From Perna viridis (taxonomy: Eukaryota), in NCBI GenBank assembly GCA_037379345.1, contig CM074514.1:6510001-6574000 (forward strand): 64,000 nt of DNA, written 5' to 3'. The notes under the pieces are model-generated. The model made no database searches. It had not been told where the DNA came from and was given only the letters and a program-made list of their open reading frames with translations. Of this stretch, positions 14,705 to 28,780 are shown one piece after another. Within the stretch, counting starts at the first letter, position 1. The number at the start of each line of letters is the position of its first letter. A program made the translations under genes and the position numbers.

Positions 14705-15377
14705 ATGGACATATAATGGTGTTCCAGCTTGTCTGCCTGTCCTCTCTTAATATAAAACCCAAAAAATGGACAGATTTATAATGTTAAGGTCAATGTTTAT
14801 TATTATGGAAGGAATCTACCTTTCATTTATTTTATTTTTTTTGACATTTCAGAGCTTGAAGACTTACAACACACTGCATTTAATTTGCTTCAGTTGTATT
14901 TTTGTGTTTTATGTAAATTTGATTCAATTATAGAAAGTCGAGGTGATCAATAAACATTTTAATTAGGTGTCTTAGTATATGTTTATGTCCGACCACAAAA
15001 ACAACAGTTATTCCTCAGTTGCAAAAACAATTTACGTGTACCACTCATTTCATTGAAACTGCCTGATACCTATGTGGACCTTTAATAATTTACATACAGA
15101 TATCTATGATGTTGGTTTATTTTAGTTTAATTTCCACATCAGAAGAAATAAAGTTTTCTGTTAATTAGCATTTATAAAATTCAGATAGTTCTTACTTTTT
15201 TTTCAAGAACAGGAAATTCGTGATTTGTTAAAATTTAACTCATTTAAATATTATTCATATTTCTGCCTTATGTAAGTATAATATTCATAATATTTTGTTC
15301 TTAAATTCTCCAATATATGGAGTCAGAAAATAAAATATTGAATAAATATTATGACCTTATTAGGTTAGTTATGATAT

Positions 15378-15402
15378 GATTGATTGATTGATTGATTGAT
15401 TG
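15378..15402. repeat. (GATT)n microsatellite
   Basis: about 6 GATT units. Confidence 0.85.
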
Positions 15403-17619
15403 TGCTGGTTGTGGTTAAATGTTCATTGGCTGATATTTCATGCAATTGACACTTTTATGTTGACTGCAGGGTATTTATATGGAATGTTTAGTATGCTTCT
15501 GTGAGAACAATTCCTTTGTACTACCCCAATCTATTCAGTTAACAGTGCTATAATGTACTAGTTAGATGTTCACCTTCTGTAGGAAGACAGATCATTCATG
15601 ACAATGACAGTAGAATGACAAAATCAAATGTTTCATCAACTTATTCTATTGTAAAGCCTGCGAAATTTTTGAGTACAGAAAAACAGAAGATACTAACAAT
15701 AATGTATATTGTAGTAGGTTTTTTACCATCTTAATTGATGTGGTACCAAATTAGCGTTCATTCAAATAAATAAATTCTTAAATAACCAGGTATTCAACAG
15801 TCTGGAGTTATTCCTAAGTCAGAGAGTTTGTTGCTTTGAATTATATTAGATCTGACTTGATTTGTTTTGCAGATATATAAATCTTGTAGGCATGCAATAT
15901 TTCTCATTAAACAAAACAAAACTGAAGATTAACATGAAAAATGACTTAATGAGTTTAAGTAATATTAATCTGTCATAATTTGCCCAAAGGGATGTGAGCT
16001 TTACCTATCTTTTGTTTTCTGAAGGGCCTTTTGGTATGCAAAAGGTTTTTTTATTAATTTAATTAATGATACATTAGCAAGAAAATAATTTAATCTAAAG
16101 TATGTATGTCAAAACTAAGCTGAAAGCACTTTTATGTGGTAGAGAAATATCTCACTAAGGCAAGAGGGTGGTATGATATGCTATAAGGTTGGAAAAGAAA
16201 CATAAGTTTTATATAAAGAAGAAAGTTTCTTCTATAATATTGGAGAAGATATTTTGGTAGGAAAGAGGAGACAATAAAAGCCTGTAACATCCCTTATATT
16301 GAATTTTGTCATCAAAGATATTCATGAAACCAAACTCTGCCAAAACCTTAAAACATGGACTAGATACTCTGGAATGGTAGTCCGTCACAGGTGGCTCATA
16401 CAATCTTTGGTGAGGCTTGTATAAACAGAAATTTTAGTGGGCTGGCTAAGTTAGTTTGTTTAAGAACAATTTTTGGTCTATAATGTCGATCATAAAGTAA
16501 AGTAATCAGTTATCATAGGTTAATTAGGAGTTTTTCATTGATTTAAGTTTTCTCTGTATAATATTAACTTAATCTAAGTGTACAGACATAATCTTTACTG
16601 AGATTAGATGCTGCAAACAATTTTGACCTTAACATCACATTACTTGAATCAAATCTAAGATGTTTTAGAGTGCCACTTATCTGCAAGATGTAACAATGTC
16701 TTTAAAGGTCAATGGATACAGTATAACAGCTGTCTTTACATTTGTTTAAACCAGCAGATATAAACAACAGGTTCTATCACAAAGTTAATATGAAAGGATA
16801 TCTGTAAATGTTATCAATAATATACAACTCATTATAAGAATACTTCATGGGTGTACATTTGATGGTCTGAAAAAATTCTGATTTTTGAAGACATAGATTT
16901 CATTAGAAACATTGGTTTAATTGTTTTTTTACCAAACAACAAAACTATGAATTACTTTATCTTATAAACAGGTTTAGTTGTTCAGCTGTTGTAGTTGTTC
17001 TTCCACAGTCAATAAACAGTTGTAACTGTTCTTCCACAGTCAATAAATAGATGTAGTTGTTTTCCGATAGTCTTACTCTTAGTTTCTTTTTTTTTTTACA
17101 AAGCGTAGTCAGTTTGGGTATTTTAGTAAGTAGGTAATTTCATAAATGTAAATACAGGAGTCAGTTTTTAATAGTTATTATAGTTATTAAACTAATTTAA
17201 CTTCATCTTTCTTTCTGCCAGTTTGTTTGTCTTGTAACTATATATTTTCATAATTAAGATTAATAAAACAAGTTACATTCAATAAAGTTACACTTCCAAA
17301 TGTCTGTTAGTGCGCAAACAAAACTAACCTGAGATCCATTAAGAAAATATGTGAATTATAAAGCAGGCAGACTATTGGAACTAAAATTATTTACTAAACA
17401 AAATGTTGAAATTGTATTTATCTAGAATTTAGGAGTAAGATACACCAGTGAAAGTCTGTTGATCAAAGGAAACACAAGTCATATATTTTGTTTCTCATTC
17501 AGTGCATGATTAATCATATGTAATTATCATTGAAGTGTTCTGTATGATATACTTCTAAAATAGATAAATATTGTTAACAGTCAATAAATCTTGTATTTTA
17601 TAAAACATGTGTTTTACAG

Positions 17620-17709
17620 GGAGAATATCTACAGATTCCTGCTGAAGGCTGTTGTCCTGAGTGTGTCAGGAGAATGTCACCATGTCTACATGAATCAAAA
17701 ACTGTCCCA
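17620..17709 (+). CDS. FRAS1: FRAS1 exon w2, VWC1/2
   Basis: ttttacag|...|gtaagt; GEYLQIPAEGCCPECVRRMSPCLHESKTVP; phase 0-0. Confidence 0.93.
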
Positions 17710-17877
17710 GTAAGTTTATAATGTGTTTAACAGTGGAAGTAACCTTAGGAGGATTAAAAGTGGGATTGGATGGGGGTTCATAAGAATTGTAGACTGCTTA
17801 GTACAAATTAAGTGCTTAATTAAGAATATACCTGAACATAGATTGGTGTAAAAAAATTCCATTTTAAGTGTTTACAG

Positions 17878-18356
17878 AGGTACTAATTGTCTCAGTATCG
17901 TATTAATTTTCCCATAGACTTCTATAGTGAAGTGCATATTTTTAGGATTTAAAAAAAAAAATTGTAAATTGATTCAATAAAACTTTCACTTATGTAGCAT
18001 TTCTAAGGACATGTGAAAAAATAATTTTCCGCAAAGAAAACAGGGTGAGTCCACGAAGATCGGACAGAACAGAAGTCTTGACCTATAAATAGCCATTTTC
18101 TCTACTTTCACTTTCGTTTTGCACTCATTAAACCAACCTTTTCAGTGGAACATTTTTATGTTATTTTGTTAGATTTTCTTTTAAAAAAGTATGTCATCTT
18201 ATAGTTTGATGTTCGCTCTATTTTATAAGTCATTGTTCACATCTTTTGACAAAACATTAGTTTGTAGAGAGGCAAAAAGAAAATGTACTATATTTTGATA
18301 GCATCCATGTTTTGACGTAAACCCACTCAGGAATATGCAATGCGATACTGGTACCT
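17878..18356. mobile_element. Probable non-autonomous DNA transposon
   Basis: AGGTAC[9-nt insert]CAGTATCGTATT ... AATGCGATACTGGTACCT terminal inverted repeat. Confidence 0.5.
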
Positions 18357-18813
18357 AATCTTATGAATAAAACTATATTGCCATGTCAGTGTGAATGAAT
18401 CATGATTACTTCCAAGGGAGAAAATTCAACTTTCACACTGTAATAGTCATTGAAACTTTTTATATGCTCATTCACAGAAATGATTCCATACAAGTTACAG
18501 GCTATGATACTTTTCACCCTTCCGTCCGTCAGTCTGCCTGTCTGTCAAAACCTGTCACCGGGGTAGTGCCTCTTTTTTAATGATTTCATTTAAACTTTTG
18601 TGTAGCTATTATGATATACTTGAATGTGATTGATTTTCACAGAAATCTGTCAAGGGGGACAATGAACTTTTTGGAAGGGGAACTTAATAAGGTTCTTAAA
18701 CTCTAGTCTGTTTTCTTGAACCATTACATACTACATACTCAGAAATTCAAAAAGGCATTAATAAACTAAAAAATTACTCCTTACTATGTTTTTCTGAATA
18801 TGCTTACTTGCAG

Positions 18814-18973
18814 CACAACTCTGTATGGAGTCCTAGTCGTTGTAATTTTTGCCACTGTTTTGATGGAGAAATAACCTGTACACCTCAGACTTGCCCATTG
18901 CTACGATGTCGCCCAGGTGAAGTTCCTCAGGTGCTTGCTGATCAATGCTGTCCACAGTGTATTCCTACTGGAA
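18814..18973 (+). CDS. FRAS1: FRAS1 exon w3, VWC2
   Basis: ttgcag|...|gtaagt; HNSVWSPSRCNFCHC...DQCCPQCIPTG; phase 0-1. Confidence 0.94.
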
Positions 18974-20184
18974 GTAAGTACTATATATGAAGGGCTTTAT
19001 CCTATATAGGTTATGTTCATATTGGTAGAGTATAACTAATTGTGGCTGTCATTGCTCAGTGAAATAAGTGCTTTCCGAAAGGTTGCTTTGATGAGTTAGT
19101 GTGAGTTAGCATGTGTAATATCCAGCATGAAGGCTAGGATTAGTTTGAGTCCACTGGGTAAAATGTTCATATTGTGGAATGTGTATGAGATTTGCAAATA
19201 GATGTTCAATTCAGGTTTTTTTTTCATTTACACCCTAATTTAAAGTAACACACAACAGTGTAGTCTTGACTACAGTACGTCTGAGTTAGATTCTTTTTCT
19301 TTGATTTTTATAGATGGTTTTATGTTTTGTGACGTCTTGGTTGTGACACATGCAATCAATTAAATATTTCATTTTGCTTTTTTTGCTCTTTAACACCTTT
19401 TGATATCAGTAAGGACATGGAAACCTTTGCTACCCATACTGTTGTGTTAGTAGGTACAGCATCCTGTTGATTTGTGTCCAATATATCACTTTTCAGAATT
19501 ATTTTTAATGATGGCTATAAGTAGATGTTGATTGATAGGTGTTTGTTTTGTCTTCTCTTCAAATCATTTTCATAACAAATGGTAAGGTCTAATGGAAATC
19601 AACAAATTTGAAATTCTCTTGGGATAATTTCAGGCCCCCTAGGAAGTTTCTTTCAAAATATGTCTAGTGTGTTTGATTTGTTATTTATCATTATGTACAA
19701 AGTTAAAAGTAAAATTATTCATAAGTGGTAATTATCATAAAATGGTCCTTTGCTTGAAATATCAGTAATGATCATTCTGTCAGTTTACTATAGTTAGCTG
19801 TATGTGTTGTTATCAAAGCCATTTACTTATAGACATCTCTATGACAGGTTTGGTGTTGAATGACAGTTTTTCCCTTCCTTTTATGTTTGTTTAGGATTAT
19901 AATGATCCGATTACACTTCTACTATCAAACATTGTCAGACGGTATATTGTAAAACATGGGCTGCATTGTGTAGTTATAAAGTAAATTATACTTAGGAGAT
20001 GTGGGCAAATGTACCGGTAAATGAGACTACAATGTATGTAGTAGTGCAATATTAAAGGGACAGTCATATATTTGAGGTAAACACCAACAAAACATTGCTG
20101 ATACTGCATTTTCACCAATAAACAGTAATTTGGATGGCACAGGACAAGATTAACAACACAGATTTCTGACTTCGGAAGCATGCA

Positions 20185-20716
20185 ACTAAAGGCTCTTGAG
20201 AGCTTGATTTAGTCACCTGGTAAAAAATTTATTTTTACCTTTCATGGGCAATAACTCTGATAATGAATTGACATGCAAATCTTGGTGTCATTAGTAGCCC
20301 TTGATATATGGATCATTTCATCAATTGAAAGATTATTTCTATGTAATAAAATTTTCAAGTTGTAAGCTATACACCACAAAAAGGGCAATAACTTTTCTAA
20401 GGATTCATTAGGACCCTATTAGGATTTTTTTAGGCTTTGAAATAAGGATCATTTCAATATTTTTTTCATCTGTTATGGCTTTCAAATAATAAGTCAAAAA
20501 ACACACAAATTGATTTTTGACTTTCTAAGGGCAATAATTCCAATAAGGAGTCATTAAATAGATTCAACAAAATGTAGATTTTCAGAAACCCCATGGAAGC
20601 TAGTGATGAAATTAGGTAATACATGTAACCCAGTAGTTTCAGATGAGAAGATTTTTAATCAAAAGTTAATGACAGAAGCAAAGTAATGAACACAGTGTGA
20701 GGTAACAACAAAAAAA
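20185..20716 (-). mobile_element. Helentron/HINE-like element (family A-related), reverse orientation
   Basis: Reverse complement of 20185-20227 is ACCAGGTGAC..CAAGCTCTCAAGAGCCTTTAGTT; repeated GGGCAATAACT motifs. Confidence 0.6.
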
Positions 20717-21229
20717 CTGAGGTGTTATATGGATCCATTCTATGTAGAATTCTACTAAAAGCAATTTGAACCAAGGTACAAGTCTAGACAATGTTTTACA
20801 AGATGCCAAGTGGGACACTAGTGTTCAAGAAGATAATGGTTGAGAGTGTAAAGCTTATTGATGGTATTGTCATTGTAATGGTTTAAAGGAATATAGTGCT
20901 GTGTTATGGTGAAAGAAATCAATTTCATGCTGTGTCAGTAATTGTCATCCTTAACCATGAATTGAAATTATAAATACACAAACAGATTTAATGGTTATAG
21001 AAATCTTACTCTAGAATCATAATACTCTTTAAATAGAAAATAAATGTTCTTAAATATTTAAGTTAAGGATAACTGTCATATATATGTTATAAATTAAGTG
21101 AAGAAGTGCACATATATATTCTGAAATGCTTATATTCATTCATTGTGATTTGATCATTTCAGATCACATAAAGAGATTTCAGTTTCTTATTATTACAGAA
21201 AATCACTTTCAGTAATAAGGTATACTGCT

Positions 21230-21624
21230 GTCTGTCTGTCCAGTCTTCCTTTCAGCAAATACCACTAAACTTTGAAATATTTTTTGTATTCATGTTACAG
21301 TTTCCCTTTCATTTTCCTATAAAATTTTGATTCCATGTTTTAGATTTTTTGCACTTTATCATAAAAATGGGGTGTATTTTTTTTTGTTTTTGCACTCTAA
21401 CTGAAAAACTCTTTCAGAAAATGTGCACAACACCGATACATTCTTTGTATTAATTGTCATATGCTCCTTTTTATTTTCTATAAAATTTCCATTTCACCCT
21501 TTTGAATTTTGGCACTTTTTTTCATTAAAAAGCAGGGTGATTTTTCAGCTTTCATGCTCTTACTAACACAAGCAGCCAAGGCCACTAAACTTTGAGATAT
21601 TCTTTGTATCTATGGTCACATGCA

Positions 21625-21663
<39 letters not shown>

Positions 21664-21800
21664 TTTGATTTATGTTTGCAATTTTTTGGCACTTTTTCCA
21701 AAAAAGGGGGTTGTTTTTCTTTTTTTATACTCTATCTAAAAAATGTTGACAGCTGACAGCCTCACAGCCATATCATGCTCTCATGGTGCAGCTCTTTATT
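21230..21800 (+). mobile_element. Degenerate interspersed element with three ~150-bp internal units
   Basis: Repeated CCACTAAACTTTGA..TTCTTTGTAT..AAAATTTTGATT..GGCACTTT. Confidence 0.5.
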
Positions 21801-22452
21801 TTCAATGAAGTCCAAGAACTTGTTGATGAAATATATTTGGATATTCATCACTGAGTATTCAATAGCCAATGAGAAATGTTTTATGTGTTGATTTACTACA
21901 TAGATTTATAACTTACAGATTGGAAAGAACCATACTTAATGTGAAATTCTGATTAATTTATCATATAAATTTGCAGTTTTTGAAGTGTGACCTTAAAAGA
22001 AGTATTAGTAAACAAAAAAAAGTGTAAAAAACTTTACACTGAAAATGCATTTCAACTTATTATGTGTTCTGAATAATAAAGTAATCAATATTAAAAATCC
22101 ATTAATAATAGTACATTGTGATGGAAATAAGGGGTTATTGGAAACACTTCCACATTGTTTTAATTGTTGTAGGGATGTTCTATAAAGTGATATGAAAAGT
22201 CCAATGATTATTTTTCTGTAGTTTGATGTAGTCAAATTTACATAAATCATTGGCAGTAGTCCATTGCTCTGGGAAAATAATAGATGGTCATGTCATTATA
22301 TTTTAATGCAGATTGGCAAATATTTTATTTGGTAGTCACTACTTCCATATAGGAGATAGAATGACAACAGGCTGGCTCAGAGTCAGAGTGACATGCCTAC
22401 GATACCTTCAGACTGTTGCTTCTGGGAGGTGGCTCAATCCAAATCCAACTCA

Positions 22453-22608
22453 AAAGGTTCCCTGTTAGTTCATTGTTTGGTTTAGAAAGGTTCCCTGTTA
22501 ATTCAGTGTTTGGTTTAGAAAGGTTCCCTGTTAATTCAGTGCTTGGTTTAGAAAGGTTCCCTGTTAATTCAGTGTTTGGTGTAAAAAGGTTCTCTGTTAA
22601 TACATTGT
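22453..22608. repeat. Minisatellite, 33 bp x ~4.7
   Basis: AAAGGTTCCCTGTTAATTCAGTGTTTGGTTTAG. Confidence 0.93.
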
Positions 22609-23919
22609 TAAATTGAGCCAGGTTTTGTGTTAATTCAGGGTTTAGTTATGCTGGTTTTGTTGAATATTTTTCAATTTTAATGTCATAAATTAAAAAATAT
22701 AATATTTATATGAGGAATAATTTAAATCATGAAAAAAATCACTCCTTTTATACCATTGCTCTTCTTGACATGGAAATAAGTCAGAACTAACCGTAAACAC
22801 TGCGATATATTTCTGTATTAATGTTCAAATCTGATCAGAATTGGTTGTACAACAAAGTTTTTGAATTATAGAGGAAAAGTTTGAACAGTTTCGGCACAGA
22901 TTAGACTAAATCTAGGTAAGATGACTTAGTTAGGTCTGTTTAATGGAATGTCCTAAGATCAGCCAGTCAGTGGCTTGCCACGCCTAATTAGCACAATTTA
23001 CTTGAGTAATATAATTGTTATTAAAGATCATTTAAATAAAAACAGAGTAAAACTATACATGATTCATCAGATTTTGTATTTGTAGCCAAAACTTTTTGTG
23101 AAAATGATATTTATAAAAGAACAAAGAAATACTTATGATATTTCTAGATGCAACATTTTGATAAAGAGATAAAAATCTAGTCTTGAATTATGCTGAATAA
23201 AGTCATTTAGTGAAATATTTACTGTTTCATTGTAAATGTCAAACTAATATTGTGAACATACTATGTGATATTGAATGTAAAAATTTTTAAGCAGAGCAGT
23301 CCAAATATAGATTATCTGTGGAAAACTTGCAGCGAGTAAAATGCTAGTTCAGCTTTAATTCAATCCAATCCTTAATAACCCAACAAAATTTTACCATACA
23401 ATAAAAATTGCTATCCATGAGTTAAAATACTGTAATTTGATCAGTTTCACAATCACTGAAACTGAAAGAATGGTATATAATCAAAGGGTTTAGTATATCA
23501 AAATTGTCTGATCAAATGCAGAGTACTCCAGAACCCAGTTAAATACTAATCTTTTTGATGGTCCATTATTGTCTATTAACCTGTGTCTTATACAATACGT
23601 CTTAACCACATAATATTTTGGACCAAAGCTATACATGCATGTCTATAATAAGGCTGATATTCACTGTATTTTCTGAACCCCTATATGTCTTATTGAGAAG
23701 GTCTCACTATTTTGCCAAACATGTATCTTATCAGACAGGGTGTGCCATGGTAGGCATATTCCACTGAATATTCTGGACACAAGGGGTCATATTAGGCTGG
23801 ACCCAAAGTATTATATAAGGTAGGTTATATCATATTTTGTGGATCCAAGGTGCCATATCAGGCAGGTTTTATTATATTTTCTAGACCCCAGGTGTCACAT
23901 AAGGAAAGTTTATTTATAT

Positions 23920-24270
23920 TTGCCATATTAGGTCGGTTTAATTTTATTTTCTTGTCCCTGGTTGCCATTTTAGGTAGGTTTGAATATTTATTGTGGACTC
24001 CAGGCAGATTTCCTGGTTGCCGTTTTAGGGAGGTTTGAATATATATTGTGGACCTCAGGCAGGTTTAATTTTATTTTCATGTCTCTGGTTGTCATTTTAG
24101 GGAGGTATGAATATTGTGGACCCCAGGCAGGTTTCTTATTTGGCAGGTTCCGCTAATGAGTAAGCTAGGTTGTACCATATTTGGCAGGTTCCACTAATGA
24201 GTAAGCCAGGTTGTACCATACTTGGCAGGTTCCACTAATGAGTAAGCCAGGTTGTACCATATTTAGCAGG
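23920..24270. repeat. Composite degenerate repeats ending in 41 bp x ~3 (24137-24270)
   Basis: TATTTGGCAGGTTCCACTAATGAGTAAGCCAGGTTGTACCA; upstream repeated TGGTTGCCATTTTAGGGAGGTTTGAATAT..TTGTGGAC..CAGGCAG. Confidence 0.8.
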
Positions 24271-25331
24271 GTTCACGGTGTTTGCAATTTGGTCCTCAAC
24301 TGGTAAATTGAAATAGCGATTTGTTCATGTTAACTAAGTTGGTGTAAATTCTGCTATTGAAGTTATGCTTTAAAATGCTTAAGTTCTGTTTGAGTAAAAT
24401 TTTATTGAGTTGAATTATATATAGTTTGTATTGACATTATGGTCCTGTACTGTTACAGTTAGATTCTAATATTGATCTTGTGATCTTATACTGCTGTATA
24501 GTTTGACCAAACAGCTGCAGTTTTCCCATGGGGTACAAATATTTGTCAAAAGTTACATCAAACATGTTACAAGTATTAATTATTTCAAATGTGTCAAAGA
24601 TCGCTGATGATATACTACTTGTCAGGATAGGTGAGAAAACTAACGAGTGTCAATGACACAGTAGCTGTATATGATAAAACAATTTTACAAGAATACTTTC
24701 TAGTAATTTATCTAAGTACTAAAGATATTAGAATATAGTTCAGCAGGAAGCTATATAATTGATTGTCTTATCCCCTTCTATATTCTAACACTGGCCTTGT
24801 CTGTGATGCAACCATTTGACTATAAAAACATCCAGTGATTTATCTAATTATGAAGACTTCAGCTACAAGCTCAGTCACAGCAGCTCCTTGTAGCAAAACA
24901 ATAAAATTAAATTAATGATAGTATTGACCTCAGTCTTCCTTTATATTTAAATTTATGTGTATATTTCTAGCTGTAGGATAAATGGTATTTTTGACATGTA
25001 CGATAATGCTAACAATTACATTTTAATAAATATGTCATCATAGGGTAATGTAATATGAAAAATAGGAACTGAATTTCATAATTGTCATAGGATTGACAGT
25101 TTTCTGTTTGTCTTCAAGCAGCTGATAAAACAAGAATAAATTTAATTCATGGTGTTGTTTACTAGATTTCATTTTGAATCTGTTATGTAATAATATATAT
25201 GATATTATTGCCTTTAATATGCACATCAGAAGAAAAATAAATTGTGGTTTTATTTTGGTAAGGCCTTCAGTGTCCATAAAACCATGTATTGTATTGAGCT
25301 ACTATTAGGGGATGATGATGTCTATTTTCAG

Positions 25332-25465
25332 GGCCATGTGAATATGATCACCATGTATTCCCAGACGCTACAGAATGGTCACCAATACCATGTACTATGT
25401 GTGTATGTCGAGATGGTCAAACTATTTGCTACCCTATACAGTGTTCTTCATTTGCATGTCCACAG
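25332..25465 (+). CDS. FRAS1: FRAS1 exon w4, VWC3
   Basis: ttttcag|...|gtaaat; PCEYDHHVFPDATEWSPIPCTMCVCRDGQTICYPIQCSSFACPQ; phase 1-0. Confidence 0.93.
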
Positions 25466-25620
25466 GTAAATCTCCCTCTACCCCCTTTATAAATACCATA
25501 TGAAAAAAATGGTTACTCAATTACCACTTTTTATCTTTTTGCATCCCCCTTCAATATATGTGTTTGTCATACAGTCATAGAGACTTTTTGCTATGTTGTC
25601 CGATTGGTTGAAATTATTAA

Positions 25621-25890
25621 CTGATTATCACTGTTGGTTAGTGGTGACTGACTGATTATCTATCACTGTTTGTTAGTGGTGACTGACTTATTATCTATTA
25701 CTGTTGGTTAGTGGTGACTGACTGATTATCTATCACAGTTGGTTAATGGTGACTGACTTGTTGTCTATCACTGTTGGTTAGTGGTGACTGACTGATTATC
25801 TATCACTGTTGGTTAGTGGTGACTGACTGATTACCTATTACTGTTAGTGATGACTGACTGATTATCTTTTACTATTGGTTAGTGGTAACC
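25621..25890. repeat. Minisatellite, 35 bp x ~8
   Basis: CTGATTATCTATCACTGTTGGTTAGTGGTGACTGA. Confidence 0.93.
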
Positions 25891-27515
25891 AACAGATTGT
25901 AAGAAGATGTTCTGTATCTTATGCTAAAACCTATGACAGTTTAGCATCACTTTAAATATTTTCATTTTAATGATGACATATTTTTGAACATCAATTAAGT
26001 AATTACTTGCACTCCTTTATATAAATAGTCAGTTTATTTAATTATTACTCAGTTGATCAACCCTTCAACTTCAAATCCCATTGAAATAGAAATGTTGGTC
26101 AATTGAGTAGAAATGACGAAAACTGTCCTGGTTTTTAATCTATTGGTAAAAGTTAACATGGAGGGTAGCCAATGAATTGTCATTTAATGCAGTTTTTCTA
26201 GATTTGTCTGGATGATGGTATATAAGTACTAATGTGGGGGAATTGGCAGATAGAATTTTAGGATAATTTAAATGCCATTTAAGATAGAATTACAGCATTG
26301 CAGTGAAAAATATTATCTATGGTAGTTAACTTAGTTTTATTATTTGGGTTGAATTATTGCAGATTAACTTTTTGGAGATACTTTTGTTCTTCGTTATATG
26401 TTGTAAAATTATTATTGATATTAAATTCATTTGTTTTCCTTATTAAAGCAAAATTCACATATTGAAAACAATGATTATGAAACAATAACAAATCTTCCTT
26501 TATTTCCACTGTTTCTGACTAATTTTCATCTATTGTTATTCACCAAATTAAGTTTTTTTCCAGATAATAAATTTAAATACCAAATTCTGTTAAAAATGTG
26601 TTAAAATGTCATAAATAGTTACTCTTTTTCAATCCGGTAATAGGGAGGTTTTTATAAATGTACCTGAAATAATAACATTAGGATTTTCATATGACTTAAC
26701 ATCTTTTTAACAAGATTATTTCAGTGTTAAAATCATTCAAGTGTTAGAAATTTACTGGATAATGTTAAACTAATGAGTTTAGATGTGAGCAGCTAAGCCA
26801 ACCTTAGAATATTAAGTAGAAGTAAAGGTGACAGCAAATTAGTTTTATGTTATTCAGTGTAAGACCTTTGCAAGATACCTTTATTCTGTTTATTATTTTT
26901 TTTAATTATTTATATGGTATTTTTTTTCCTAATTTCAAATTAGTGTATAAATGGTACTGGTCAATAAGTATTCTTGCCAACAGTTTTTTCATCCTCTCCT
27001 GTGCAGCAATTTCATGCCCAAAATTGAAGTTCAACATTTGACAGATTGCCGATTAGCTCTAATACAACAGTTGTCATTTAGGAATAAAATTTTAGTGAGC
27101 CCATTGGAGAAAAGTACTTCTGTCTTGAAAATGGCACGATTCTCTGACCAATAGTTGTGAAGACCCAAATCACCCTAGAAACTAGAAAAATCAATTGTTA
27201 TAATATTTTGTCACATTTACTCATATTTTGACTTGAGAATCGAGTCATGTGAACTTAAGACTGACAAGACCTTATATCATACCAGCATGAAGAAATTATA
27301 GACTAGTGAGGTCACAGCTGTCCATAATCTCTATTATTTACACTAGAGATGAGGTCACATTAGAGAACTTGGTGAGAATATATATTGTTATATGCTATTA
27401 TTTGACCAATATACAAATGTTTGAGTGTAGAACAGGGCACTAGTGTCTCGTCTACACATTGTCTGTTTATTTTTTAATAAAAAAATCATGCAAGTTTGTG
27501 CTTGATATGTTTTAG

Positions 27516-27599
27516 GGGAAAGCATTAGAGAGACGTCCTGGTTCCTGTTGTCCAGTTTGTGTAAGCTCCTACTGTACTGATGGTTCCAGTATGTTTAAG
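27516..27599 (+). CDS. FRAS1: FRAS1 exon w5, VWC3/4
   Basis: ttttag|...|gtaaga; GKALERRPGSCCPVCVSSYCTDGSSMFK; phase 0-0. Confidence 0.92.
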
Positions 27600-27640
27600 G
27601 TAAGAGTTCACCAGTCTCCCACATAAAAGAAAAAAAACAT

Positions 27641-28360
27641 TATAGGATTCAACAGCTATTTTTGGTCGTTCATGCATGTATGAACTGATCTCGGAGCTCC
27701 CAAACTCAATGAACAGCCAAAGGCCGTACATGTAATGTTTTGGAGTGGAGAGATCTGTTCAAACATGCATGAATGGCAGAAAATAGCTGTCCAATCCTTA
27801 TAATTCTATCTGACAGTCAAAGTTAACCTCTGAGAGCCTCAGTCGGTTATATTGATACACTGTGTTTATGTTTATGCTTCAATACACACACACTCCTTTG
27901 CACACGTATGGGAACGTGGACAAATATTTACACATAGTCAGCTGCACAACGACAGTGAAGGCGGCATGGAAGAAGTGATAGATGGCATTGAAAAATACGA
28001 GATATAAACAATTCAAAACAGGATAAATTATTTAGGAAATACAACAAGGTGTTTCCAAGGGTTCAGTCAGACTCAGTTTTTAGTTTCTTTCCCAGATCTG
28101 AAAATTACTCTCTGTAAACAAACTTGACCAGTAAAATCAATGAGCATGTAATAAACTATTCTAACAGCTATATTATGCCATTCATTTCGTTGCCACACTC
28201 TTTCGAACTACACGGCCACCATATTGGTTTCAAGTTGACTGGCGTTCATGCATGTATGAACAATCTGGCAAAGTTCATGCATGTATGAGCTTTCTGGCAA
28301 CGATGTTCTCGACCAATCAAAAATGGCTATAAGCATGAAGAATCTCATGATTAGAATTAT
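27641..28360 (+). mobile_element. Non-autonomous element with terminal hairpin (Crypton-like)
   Basis: Inverted arms across 27641-27802 around a GCCAAAGGC loop; the arm motif GTTCATGCATGTATGA recurs twice at 28244-28290. Confidence 0.5.
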
Positions 28361-28780
28361 ACAACAGTAAATCCATACCAAATAAATACTTACATGGTAA
28401 AATGCCATATATTTTTTTTAATAATATGATAAAGAGTTGAGAAATGTCATGTGTTGAACCTGCATACATAAAACTAGCTGTTAAACATTCCTATAAGTAC
28501 TAAGGTGTTGTAGGATTTGGCTTGTGTATCGGCTCTCTTTGCATTAGGTCCTTTTTTATTTTTTCTTTGAAATTTTGGAAACATGCATATAGTAAATTTA
28601 CAAGAATTAAAAACTATTGATGCTATTCTGAATAGGACCGAAATAAAAATATTGTATATTTGCCGTAAGTCAAAAATTCACTTTTTTTTTGCCCCTTTTT
28701 TTCGACAATTTTGGTCCTCTGTGATGCATCACAAGGGGACATGGAAATGCCGAGCCTCCGTCTGTTTGCATTTTATGCAT

